From contig JABXKD010000016.1 in NCBI GenBank assembly GCA_013375475.1, positions 1 through 49,806 on the forward strand: a stretch of 49,806 bases of DNA, read 5' to 3'. The stretch is from Promethearchaeota archaeon (lineage in GTDB: Archaea > Asgardarchaeota > Lokiarchaeia > Sigyniarchaeales > SOKP01). Below the pieces are notes generated by a model. The model was not told the DNA's origin. It did not search any database and saw nothing but the letters and a program-made list of their open reading frames with translations. Positions 29,242 through 38,233 of this stretch are shown one piece after another. The position numbers were made by a program, and so were the translations under genes. Every line of letters begins with the position of its first letter. The stretch's first letter is position 1.

Positions 29242-29484
29242 TTACATTAATTTCATTGCCAAAGCCATATCGTTGTCGGTAAGTATAAAGATTTAAAGTT
29301 AAACACTAAAAATTTTCTTTCTACCGGCGTGGCGAGTCATTTCGAGAGCTTTGTTTGTTACGCCTTTAGCGACTTTCTCAAGATAGTCGATTAATGCGTC
29401 AACAGCTTCACGAGCGACCATTTCAGCGCCGTTATCTTTCATTAACTTTCTAACGGGTGACCAGGCAAATACTTTTTTAGCCAT
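29242..29484 (-). CDS. Archaeal histone (HMf-like), two exons: 29484-29315 and 29284-29242; 70 aa after splicing
   Basis: SPVRKLMK.NGAEMVAREAV...ALEMTRHAGRKK + LTDNDMALAMKLM; exon 2 supplies the L2/alpha3 segment (R..D pair equivalent to RKTIKAED). Confidence 0.9.
29285..29314 (-). other. Candidate 30-nt bulge-helix-bulge mRNA intron
   Basis: GGUAG-AAAG-AA^A-AUUU...AAAU-CUUU-AU^A-CUUACC; contains two in-frame UAA stops. Confidence 0.85.
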
Positions 29485-29587
29485 TATTCTATTCCTCCAC
29501 TATTATTTTTTACTTATTTTTTTATAAAGTCCATAAAATTAAGTTTGAACTTTATTATATTATATAACTTCTTTCAAATATTTAAAA

Positions 29588-29658
29588 CTTGCGTAAATTT
29601 TTCGATTGGATATGTTTCGGTTAATAATTTCGTCCGATCGACAAAATTGCGATGTAAG
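29588..29658 (+). ncRNA. Candidate structured RNA divergent from the histone promoter
   Basis: 23-bp imperfect hairpin whose four G-U pairs form only on the + strand; ~20 nt after TTATATAA (29560-29567); T-tract at ~29703-29716. Confidence 0.3.
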
Positions 29659-29884
29659 AGAAGAAAAGCGATAAAGCTGTTGCTGAGCCTTTAGAATAGA
29701 GATTTTTTTTTATTTTGAATTTTAAATAGATTGCTACCAAGTTCGGGTTTATTTTAACCCAAGTTTGTAAGAAGGATATTTTTACATATGATTTCAAAAA
29801 AGGATCTATTTATTGGCCATATAAATAAATAAAGATTAAATATAACTGTTTAATATGATAAAAATTAAAGATTAACAGAAGAAC

Positions 29885-30445
29885 TTAAGATTGAACTTCA
29901 ATTTTTTTTCTAACGGGTTCAGGTGGTTTTATCTTAGGAATTTTTATCGTAAGCATTCCTTTCTCTAAATTTGCTTCGATGCTATCTTCGTCAATGTAAT
30001 CGGGTAAGTTAAAAGTCCGATAATATTTAGATGAATGAATCTCTCGTCTAACGGACTGCCCTTCTACTTCTTCGCTCTTTTCTTCTTTACTTTCACCTTT
30101 AATCTCTAATTTTCCATCTTGAATTGTGAGTTCAATATCACCCTTGTTAATTCCAGGTAACTCTGCAGTAATATTGAACTGATCTTCTGTTTCATGGATA
30201 TTTGTTAAAGGAGTTCGAAAGATAGGTTCGAAATCTCGAATCACTAAGTTAAAAGGGTTGTGTCGCCTTCGGTTAAACGGCCATAGAAAGTTATCAAAAG
30301 CATCATCAAACCAACGATCCATTTCTTGAAATAAGGAAAATGGACTTTCACGTCTTACGGTTATTTCCCTTGCTTTTTTATCGTCTTTTATTTCTTCTGG
30401 TACTTCTTCTTTACTTTTAATTTCGATTTCTTCTTTGTCTGACAT
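29885..30445 (-). CDS. Small heat-shock protein (Hsp20/alpha-crystallin)
   Basis: AELPGINK.DI, YYRTFNLP, A.LEKGMLTIKIPK, IEV tail; GGAGG before ATG 30445. Confidence 0.93.
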   Translation of the reverse strand: MSDKEEIEIKSKEEVPEEIKDDKKAREITVRRESPFSLFQEMDRWFDDAFDNFLWPFNRRRHNPFNLVIRDFEPIFRTPLTNIHETEDQFNITAELPGINKGDIELTIQDGKLEIKGESKEEKSEEVEGQSVRREIHSSKYYRTFNLPDYIDEDSIEANLEKGMLTIKIPKIKPPEPVRKKIEVQS

Positions 30446-30485
30446 ACAATCAACCTCCATTTCTTTTTTTTTTTTAATTTAGTGA

Positions 30486-30504
30486 TGTCAACTTATGATT
30501 GACA
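30486..30504. promoter_or_regulatory. Inverted repeat in hsp20 leader
   Basis: TGTCAA-N7-TTGACA; minus-strand TTTATATA at ~30533-30540. Confidence 0.45.
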
Positions 30505-30657
30505 ACATCTATGTTACATAAAATGAAACGAATATATAAATGTTTCGATCGCTTAAACCCCATAGAAATATCACTAAACACCGTAAAATACCGATTGCTA
30601 AAAATTTCATTTAGAAGAAAATATCAGAAAAAAGTGAAAAATTAGATTTAACAAATT

Positions 30658-31230
30658 TTACTCCAACGATTTTCGCATCAGGAAAAAATACTCGTCCTCT
30701 CTTATTATTGTGAAACCTTCAGAAGAAAACAAAGAAACTGGACCGTGATAACTGTGAGCATCCGATAGGTCTCCCTTTCTTGGATATGCCTCAATCCAAG
30801 CGATATCCTTTTCTTTTAGGATTTCTATAGCGTGATTTAAAAGTTTTCGAGCTACACCTTTTTTTCTGTAAGCAGGGGCTATTAAAAAGCACACTACTGA
30901 AGCAATATTTCCTTTTAGATTATCTTCAGGTTCAATATCAGTAGGTGTTTTTTTATATACTTCTTTAGAATTAACATTGCACCAACCTACAGGTTCGTTA
31001 TTCATAAACGCTAGAAAACCCGTCATTACTTTGTCCTTGATCAAATTTACTGTTGCGTTACGATTGTGTTCTTTTGTACATTTACCCCACTGTTCCATAT
31101 TCCCAGCAAAATGATAAAAATGACAGTAACATCCACCCCACTCAGGATTATCAGAAAAAGCGATATTATCAAAAAAATTTAAGAAATCCTCGAGTAAATC
31201 AGGTGTCAGTTCTTTAATGATTAATTCCAA
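30658..31230 (-). CDS. GNAT N-acetyltransferase
   Basis: CYC, PVGWC, CFLIAPAYRKKGVARKLL, IEAYP, YHGP. Confidence 0.85.
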   Translation of the reverse strand: MELIIKELTPDLLEDFLNFFDNIAFSDNPEWGGCYCHFYHFAGNMEQWGKCTKEHNRNATVNLIKDKVMTGFLAFMNNEPVGWCNVNSKEVYKKTPTDIEPEDNLKGNIASVVCFLIAPAYRKKGVARKLLNHAIEILKEKDIAWIEAYPRKGDLSDAHSYHGPVSLFSSEGFTIIREDEYFFLMRKSLE

Positions 31231-31364
31231 TTCCTTTTTGCTCCTTATTATTTGTACTATTTTTAAGTTTGATATCTAAAAAATAAATTCATTTTTATAA
31301 ATTTATAATAAACTTCTTTCCGTTTATCTAATCTTAAAAAATATAGGATAAAAAATTATTTCTT

Positions 31365-31646
31365 TTATTTCTTTTTTTTCCTCTTGATTAAACGAATTAT
31401 TATATGTCCTATTGTTCCTAATACGCCATAAGTGACACCATTAATCAGTCCACCATATAAAGTATTAATGGGAATCTCAATCATTTCGCAAGTTAAGACA
31501 CATACAAGATCATATTTAGGAAATAGAATACCTCCAGGCCAGACACTAATAGGCACAACATATGTTAATAACAGAGTTCCAATGAAGACAACTGTAAATG
31601 TCAATGTAAAATATATATCAAAAAAACTATCAGCTGGCGATGACAT
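31365..31646 (-). CDS. Small two-TM membrane protein
   Basis: Likely ATG 31646; two hydrophobic segments and basic tail KRKKKK. Confidence 0.6.
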   Translation of the reverse strand: MSSPADSFFDIYFTLTFTVVFIGTLLLTYVVPISVWPGGILFPKYDLVCVLTCEMIEIPINTLYGGLINGVTYGVLGTIGHIIIRLIKRKKKK

Positions 31647-31753
31647 ATTTGATACTCTTAATAATAAGTTTAAACGTGAAGAATTAAGAATAGTATTTAA
31701 ATCTTCTATTCTAAATATAAAGTAATTTTTTAAAAATAGAGTGGTTAATTGGT

Positions 31754-32818
31754 ATGAAGAAAACAATAGCTATCACGCGTGGTGATGGGTGCGGTCCCGA
31801 AGTTGTGAACGAAGCAATTAAAATACTTAGGATTATTTCAGACTTTACTGAATTTAATTTTGAATTTACGGATGCGCCAGCAGGAGGTGAAGTTTGGAAA
31901 AAATATGGTACCAACCTTCCCGAACAATCGTTTGAAACGATAAAAAACTCTGATGCTCTGTTATTTGGCGCTATAGGTTTGCCTGACTTAAAGCCTGGAG
32001 TAGCAGAAAGTGCTATCTTGAAGCTTCGACAAAGTTTAGATTTATACGTTAATTTACGACCCGTAAAGTTATACAATGCCCTCCGCGAGATATGTCCTCT
32101 AAAAGACAAGTTTATAGGAGACGGAATAGATATTACGTTTGTTCGAGAAAACACGGAAGGGCTTTATAAAGATATAGGTAAGTTAGAAGAAAATTCTGCT
32201 GAAAACCTAATGCTTTACACTAGAGAAGGTTGCGAGCGAATCATTAAGTTTGGGTTTGAATATGCTAAAAGAATGGGTCACAGTAAGGTTACATCCGTTG
32301 ATAAGGCAAATATCCTGAAACCAAGTCAACTATGGAGAAAAATCTTTCATGAAATCGGTGATAATTATTCAAATTTAGAAACAGAAGATATCTACATTGA
32401 TGCGTTTTGTCAGTGGCTTATTCGTGCGCCATATAAATTTCAAACTGTAGTAACTGGAAATATGTTTGGTGACATTATAAGCGACGAAGCGGCGTTCTTA
32501 ATTGGAAGTCTAGGAATGGCTTCAAGCGGGAATATTCATCCCGGAAAAGTATCAATGTATGAACCAATCCACGGTTCAGCTCCCGATATTGCGGGAAAAG
32601 GGATTGCTAATCCTATCGGAACCATTTTAAGCGTAAGATTGATGATGGAAGAATCCTTTCAATCACTTGAAATTGGAAATGAAATAGATAAAGCAGTAGA
32701 AGCAGCATTAAACGAAGGTAGGACTGTAGATATAAAAAGTAAAAGTCTGAAAACGCTTTCCACAGTCGAAATGGGAGATTTAATCGCTAACAAATTAAAA
32801 AGTAGATTAAAAGCTTAG
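31754..32818 (+). CDS. leuB: 3-isopropylmalate dehydrogenase
   Basis: GDGCGPEV, NLRP, RENTEGLY, VDKANIL, NMFGDIISDEA, EPIHGSAPDIAGKGIANP. Confidence 0.88.
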   Translation: MKKTIAITRGDGCGPEVVNEAIKILRIISDFTEFNFEFTDAPAGGEVWKKYGTNLPEQSFETIKNSDALLFGAIGLPDLKPGVAESAILKLRQSLDLYVNLRPVKLYNALREICPLKDKFIGDGIDITFVRENTEGLYKDIGKLEENSAENLMLYTREGCERIIKFGFEYAKRMGHSKVTSVDKANILKPSQLWRKIFHEIGDNYSNLETEDIYIDAFCQWLIRAPYKFQTVVTGNMFGDIISDEAAFLIGSLGMASSGNIHPGKVSMYEPIHGSAPDIAGKGIANPIGTILSVRLMMEESFQSLEIGNEIDKAVEAALNEGRTVDIKSKSLKTLSTVEMGDLIANKLKSRLKA

Positions 32819-32823
32819 AATAG

Positions 32824-34386
32824 TTATTTTAAACTTCTCGTGTTAACAATAAGATCTATCAGGAGTACAAGATTATCGTAGATTTTTTCTCTGTAATCTG
32901 AACCAATCTTGAGGAAGAGAACTGATACTACCTTATCTTCTAAGTCTTTGTCGATAACAAACTCTTCCATCAATTGTGGGTAGTTTTTATCATCAGAAAC
33001 CCGAAGTCCTACAAGAATAGCTCGTTTTTTCCTTAATTTTCTTATGATATTCATAAGAGTCTCTTTCCATTTAGGATCAATGTGTTCTTTTCCTCGTGCA
33101 TCAAAGATTACAAAAACACCATCCGAATTAGAAAGATTGAACTCTTCGTATGTATAACTACTTATTATCAAGCCATTTTTATAGGGATATAACTTTTCAT
33201 TGTGGTTGTCTTTTAATTTCGAAAATTCGCCTAATTTCTCGATATTCATTATTGTCTGGAAGCCGGGATTCCAATTCAAATTTTCGGAAATAAAAGTTAA
33301 TTCTAATATAACAAGCTCTTTTAAAGTCGAAAGAATAGCTTCGGTTAAACTTTCTTGGATTCGCTCTTTTTCCTTTTTTTTACTCTTAATGATATAATGG
33401 TAAGCTATTAATTCAAAGGCGGCTTGAACATTATTTCCTGTAAGAGCGCTCGTTTCAATGTAATTTATGCCATTTTCTGACAATGATTTTGCTAGGGCTT
33501 CTCCTTCAGTGGAAGAGACCACTCTTTTTTCAGCTAAATCATCTTTATTCCCAACAAGAATGATTGGAATATTTATTTCATCAATCAATTCATTTAGTTC
33601 TTTATACCACTCATGAACCTTATCAAAAGAGTCACGATTAGTGATATCGAATACAATAAAAGCAGCTTCCGCACCATTGTAATAAATCCTGCGAAACCGT
33701 TTAAAATACTGTTGGGCTCCAATATCCCATAGCTGTACGTTTAATTCGTTTCCTTGGAAGTCAAAATTATGAGCAAAAATGTTAAGGCCAATTGTGGCCC
33801 GGTAATCGTGAGAAAATTTGCGTTCTACAAATTGACGGATCAATGATGTTTTGCCTACTTCATGGTTTCCGACGATTACGAATTTAAAAGAATATGCTAC
33901 GCATTCATCTAATTCAGATTGACATATTGATTCTTTAAGTCTTTCATGTCTTTCTTTTTCATAATCAAAATCAGGGATCGTTAATTGAAGGGTATCTCCC
34001 TCTTGAGAATTAAGTATCTGAGCAGTTTTTTCAGCTAAAAAGTAAGTATAGGGAGCAACCTTTTCCACTGAGGCCATGCTATTAAAGATCAAGCTTAGAA
34101 TTCTCTCTTCATCAATAGTGACAAAAAGCAAGCGGTGTTCGTCCGTGTCAAACGATGCTGTGCCAAATTTTTTAAAGCTGAACTCGTTTCTTATTCTTTC
34201 TAAGACAGGATTTATTAGAGTAGTTAATACCGATACAATTTCTATATTACTTGCTGTGTCTTTTCTTTTTTCCCCCGCAATAACCAAACCTTCGTTATCT
34301 GAGACAATAATTGCATCTACATCAGAAAATCTTTCCAAAAAATTGTTTAGGATCTCATCAAATAGTCTTTTTCTATTCACCGACAT
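32824..34386 (-). CDS. Roadblock/LC7 + Rab-like small GTPase + degenerate second G-domain
   Basis: AIIVSDNEGLVIA (roadblock); GNHEVGKTS, ATIG, WDIGAQ, GNKDD, ETSAL; C-terminal SDGVFVIFD..ILVG. Confidence 0.88.
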   Translation of the reverse strand: MSVNRKRLFDEILNNFLERFSDVDAIIVSDNEGLVIAGEKRKDTASNIEIVSVLTTLINPVLERIRNEFSFKKFGTASFDTDEHRLLFVTIDEERILSLIFNSMASVEKVAPYTYFLAEKTAQILNSQEGDTLQLTIPDFDYEKERHERLKESICQSELDECVAYSFKFVIVGNHEVGKTSLIRQFVERKFSHDYRATIGLNIFAHNFDFQGNELNVQLWDIGAQQYFKRFRRIYYNGAEAAFIVFDITNRDSFDKVHEWYKELNELIDEINIPIILVGNKDDLAEKRVVSSTEGEALAKSLSENGINYIETSALTGNNVQAAFELIAYHYIIKSKKKEKERIQESLTEAILSTLKELVILELTFISENLNWNPGFQTIMNIEKLGEFSKLKDNHNEKLYPYKNGLIISSYTYEEFNLSNSDGVFVIFDARGKEHIDPKWKETLMNIIRKLRKKRAILVGLRVSDDKNYPQLMEEFVIDKDLEDKVVSVLFLKIGSDYREKIYDNLVLLIDLIVNTRSLK

Positions 34387-34501
34387 TGGAATACACCTTC
34401 AAACTGGAATTAGATCAAGAAGTAAATATTCTTATCATACATATAAGATAACTTATTTTTAAAAGTAGTCATTTGAATTTATTAGATTTTGGAGTATAAT
34501 T

Positions 34502-36079
34502 TCATGAAGAATTTTGCGTATTAATTATTGTTCTAAACATTACCTCAAGTTCATCATAGATTTCCAAACGATAATCGAACCCTATCTTAAAAAACAGGAG
34601 TGAGACCATTTTCTCTTCCAAATATTCGTTAACATTAAATTCTTCCATTATATTAGTCCAATCAGTATCATTTGATACTCTCACGCCAATTAGTGCTACT
34701 TTATTTTCTTTTAAATTGCTTATAATGTTGACAATCACATCTTTCCATTTTTGTTCAATGTGTTTTTTGTTTCTAGCATTAATTATAACAAATACACCGT
34801 CAGAATCTTTAATATCTATGTTATCGAATAAAAAATTCTTAATAATTAGCCCGTTGGAGTATTCATACAATCTTTTATCTTTATCATCTATTAGTTTTTC
34901 ACACTTAAATAAAGTATTCACATCATTTAGTATTTGCAATCCTGGGCTCCAGTATGGGTTTTCAGTAATAAAAGAGATGGTTAATTTACCTCTTTTATTT
35001 AATAACGAATTGATTTGTTCCATTAAGTTTGCTTTTAACTTTTGCTCTTCTCTCTCTTTGTTCTTCATTATATAATGGTATGCTATTAAGCTAAACGCGT
35101 CCTCAATATTTTCACCTGTTAATGCGCTACTTTCAATGTAAGAGAAGTCAGTTTCAGTATTCTCCTTTGTGAGCTCTTGAACAAGCTCAATACCTTCTTG
35201 ATATACAACGCTTCTCTGATCTACTAAATCTATTTTATTACCTACAATTACTATTGGGACATTTTTTTTATTGAGAAAAGCTTCTAGTTCTTTATACCAT
35301 ACTTTCACATTTGCGAAGGAATCTCTTTTACAGACATCGAAGACAATGAAAGCAGCTTGCGTGCCTATATAATAAGTTTTTCTAAAGCGTTTGAAATATT
35401 CTTGTGATCCTACATCCCAAAGCGAAAAGTAGACTTCATTACCATAAAAGTTTAATGAATGAGAGAGGACATTTAGGCCAAGAGTAGCCCTATAATCAAG
35501 AGAAAATTTATTTTCTACAAATCTTCTTACAATTGAAGATTTTCCCACAGCTTCGTCGCCCACGATTATAAATTTAAACTTATATATTCCTCCAGAATCT
35601 AAACGCATCTGATAAATCTGTTCTTTAATTCTACCTGTATCGCTCAGAGTATCAATATCCGTTCCAAAGTTAGGTATCTCTAGTTGAATAATATCTCCTT
35701 CGCTTGCGTTAATAATTTGAGCTGTTTTTTCTGCAAGAAAGTAAGCATAAGGGCTAATCTTATCAACAGAGGCCATAGTATCTAATACTAGGCTAAGGGT
35801 TGTGTTGTCATCTATAGAAATAAAGAGTAATCGATTGTCTTCAGTGTCAAAACTCGCAGATCCAAACTTTTTAAAAGCAAACTCGTCTCGTATTCTTTCA
35901 AGAACTGGATTTATTAGGGCGGTTAATACTGATACTAATTCCATGTCAACACTTGCTCTTTTTTGTCCGGCTATGATAAAACCTTCATGATCAGAAACAA
36001 TAAGGGCATCTACATCTTCATATTTGAGTAAAAATTTAGTGAGAAGCTCGTTAAAAAGCCTCTTTTTGTTTACAGACAT
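34502..36079 (-). CDS. Roadblock/LC7 + Rab-like small GTPase + degenerate second G-domain (paralogue)
   Basis: ALIVSDHEGFIIA; GDEAVGKSS, ATLG, WDVGSQ, GNKID, ESSAL; C-terminal SDGVFVIIN..ALIG. Confidence 0.88.
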   Translation of the reverse strand: MSVNKKRLFNELLTKFLLKYEDVDALIVSDHEGFIIAGQKRASVDMELVSVLTALINPVLERIRDEFAFKKFGSASFDTEDNRLLFISIDDNTTLSLVLDTMASVDKISPYAYFLAEKTAQIINASEGDIIQLEIPNFGTDIDTLSDTGRIKEQIYQMRLDSGGIYKFKFIIVGDEAVGKSSIVRRFVENKFSLDYRATLGLNVLSHSLNFYGNEVYFSLWDVGSQEYFKRFRKTYYIGTQAAFIVFDVCKRDSFANVKVWYKELEAFLNKKNVPIVIVGNKIDLVDQRSVVYQEGIELVQELTKENTETDFSYIESSALTGENIEDAFSLIAYHYIMKNKEREEQKLKANLMEQINSLLNKRGKLTISFITENPYWSPGLQILNDVNTLFKCEKLIDDKDKRLYEYSNGLIIKNFLFDNIDIKDSDGVFVIINARNKKHIEQKWKDVIVNIISNLKENKVALIGVRVSNDTDWTNIMEEFNVNEYLEEKMVSLLFFKIGFDYRLEIYDELEVMFRTIINTQNSS

Positions 36080-36182
36080 AATGGCTTACTAAATAATACG
36101 AATATATTAGAATGAATTATTAAAAACAACATATACTTAAAAATGATAATTTTATAATTTATTAAATAGTTTTCTGATTGAT

Positions 36183-36758
36183 ATGACTACATGTATTATT
36201 TGCCATTTGGGTATTATTGAAGGACTAGATTCTTCCCAAGATTGTCCAAATGGCCATCTCGCTCATACGGATTGTTTGAAAGAATGGTTACTTCATTCCT
36301 CAAATTGTCCTCTCTGTAGAGAGTCGTATCCAAATCGTGTTATCGACCAATTTAAAGATTTTATTGATCAAAAAGAGACAGAAAAACTAGCTTCTATAAA
36401 GAATGAAGTAAAGCAAGAAGAAATAAAAAAAATGGAGCAAGTTACTTCTAAAATAATTTTTATGAAGTTTCTTGAATCCATCGAAATTTTGATTAAAGAA
36501 GGAGAATTCGAGTACGCTTTATCACGATTAGACTTACATAACAACGGGAGCACATCAATCCAAAAGGGACACGATATTTTGTTTTTTAAGGGCAAGATTA
36601 ACTACATAAGAGGGCGTTTTGATCTGGCAATAAACCAACTATTTAAATTAGTAAAAGAAAAATACGACTATCCCGAGGGATTTCTCTACCTTGGAAAAGC
36701 TTACGAAGCCTTAGGTTTAAATGATAAAGCAAAATGGGCGTATGAAAGAGTTAAATAA
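36183..36758 (+). CDS. RING-H2 finger protein with C-terminal TPRs (putative E3 ligase)
   Basis: CIIC...CPNGHLAHTDCLKEW...CPLCR (C3H2C3); TPR pattern FLYLGKAYEALG..DKA..AY. Confidence 0.85.
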   Translation: MTTCIICHLGIIEGLDSSQDCPNGHLAHTDCLKEWLLHSSNCPLCRESYPNRVIDQFKDFIDQKETEKLASIKNEVKQEEIKKMEQVTSKIIFMKFLESIEILIKEGEFEYALSRLDLHNNGSTSIQKGHDILFFKGKINYIRGRFDLAINQLFKLVKEKYDYPEGFLYLGKAYEALGLNDKAKWAYERVK

Positions 36759-36784
36759 GCTTCTATTTTTACTAATATTATATT

Positions 36785-38191
36785 ATGAAACCTTTTTGTT
36801 TAACCATCGCGGGTTCTGATCCTACATCTGGGGCTGGAATTCAAGCAGATATCAGAACTTTTGATCGAATAGGAGTTCACCCTTTCTCGGCAATTACGGC
36901 AATTACGTATCAAACAGCTTCGGAATTTCATGGATTTAAATCTCTCTCAGAGGAATTAAGGAAACAACTTGATGCTATTTTGAATGTATACCCTATCAAA
37001 TATGTGAAAATAGGGATGATACCTGATATAAAATCCTTAGATGTTATAAAAAATACGATTATAGCTCATAATTTAACTGTTATTTTGGACCCCGTTAGTA
37101 TTTCCAGTGTTGGTGAAAGACTATCAAGCGAAGGTCTTGAACATGAAATCGAAAGAGACTTATTTCCTTTAGTAACTGTTCTAACTCCAAACTTAGAAGA
37201 AGCTAGTTATTTCTCAAATATAGAACTTGAAAATCAAAATTTAAATGACTTAGAACTACTCAAAGATGCAGCAAAAGCTATACTTAAAAAAATGTTTGTT
37301 AATCAGAAGATTTCCAAAATTGAGAAAGCTGTCGTAATTAAGAGTGCAGGAATGGATAATGATAGTGTATTTGACCTTGTTTGTGTGAGTCAATTGATCG
37401 ATGATAAACAAGATTTTATTTTTAGAGTATTCAAAAAGCCTAAGGTTTCTTTCAAAGGAAATATACACGGAACTGGTTGTGTTTTTTCTTCCGCTATTAC
37501 TGCTTATTTATCACTAGGAAATTCCATATTGAAATCCATTGAAAAATCTGAACACTTTTTTGACGATAGATTCCTTAATTTTATTGAACTACCCCAAGAG
37601 GGAAAAATCCTAGATTTAACGCTTGATCAAGAACAAATTAAAGTTATTAATCAAATCAAGGAGATTTATCATTTTATTTCGAGTGAAAGTAAATTTAGTA
37701 TGTTAATACCCGAAGTTAGAATGAATATTTCAGGATCACTCCCTAATGCTGTTACCAAAAAACAAATAGCTGGAATAGAAGGAAGAATTACAATTGTAGG
37801 AGGGTATCCAAAAGCATCAGGTGAAATAAAATTTGGTGTAACTGATCATACAGCACGATTAATCCTTGAAGCTAAAAAATTCGATAAATCCATAAATTTT
37901 GTGTTAAATCTAAAATACAGCCCTAAATGGATTAAACTGCTCCAAGAAAAAACAGATTTAATACTTCAAGAGATTGTTAGAGAACATCAACCAAAAAAAA
38001 TAATGACTACAGAAGAATCTACGATGCAATGGTTAATAAAGAAAAGTATAAAAGAAATTGGGAGAATTCCAGATATTATCTGGGATAAGGGATCAATTGG
38101 AAAAGAAGCTATTATCAGAGTTTTTGCTAAGGATTCAAAGGACATGATAAATAAACTTCAAAATATTATAGAATTGATTGAAGATCAATAG
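36785..38191 (+). CDS. thiDN: Bifunctional HMP(-P) kinase / thiamine-phosphate synthase ThiD-ThiN
   Basis: IAGSDPTSGAGIQAD, LTPNLEEA, HGTGC; LIPEVRMNI, EGRI, FG...H.AR, PDII.D.G..GKE. Confidence 0.9.
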   Translation: MKPFCLTIAGSDPTSGAGIQADIRTFDRIGVHPFSAITAITYQTASEFHGFKSLSEELRKQLDAILNVYPIKYVKIGMIPDIKSLDVIKNTIIAHNLTVILDPVSISSVGERLSSEGLEHEIERDLFPLVTVLTPNLEEASYFSNIELENQNLNDLELLKDAAKAILKKMFVNQKISKIEKAVVIKSAGMDNDSVFDLVCVSQLIDDKQDFIFRVFKKPKVSFKGNIHGTGCVFSSAITAYLSLGNSILKSIEKSEHFFDDRFLNFIELPQEGKILDLTLDQEQIKVINQIKEIYHFISSESKFSMLIPEVRMNISGSLPNAVTKKQIAGIEGRITIVGGYPKASGEIKFGVTDHTARLILEAKKFDKSINFVLNLKYSPKWIKLLQEKTDLILQEIVREHQPKKIMTTEESTMQWLIKKSIKEIGRIPDIIWDKGSIGKEAIIRVFAKDSKDMINKLQNIIELIEDQ

Positions 38192-38233
38192 GAAAATATT
38201 AAAAATAAAAAAAAAAAGATAATTAGTTATAAA

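Noticed and set aside
29299-29484. 61-aa truncated histone, or histone pseudogene interpretation
   Set aside because: Both exons are intact and the insert forms an exact BHB whose excision restores the fold, which fits an intron better than random decay
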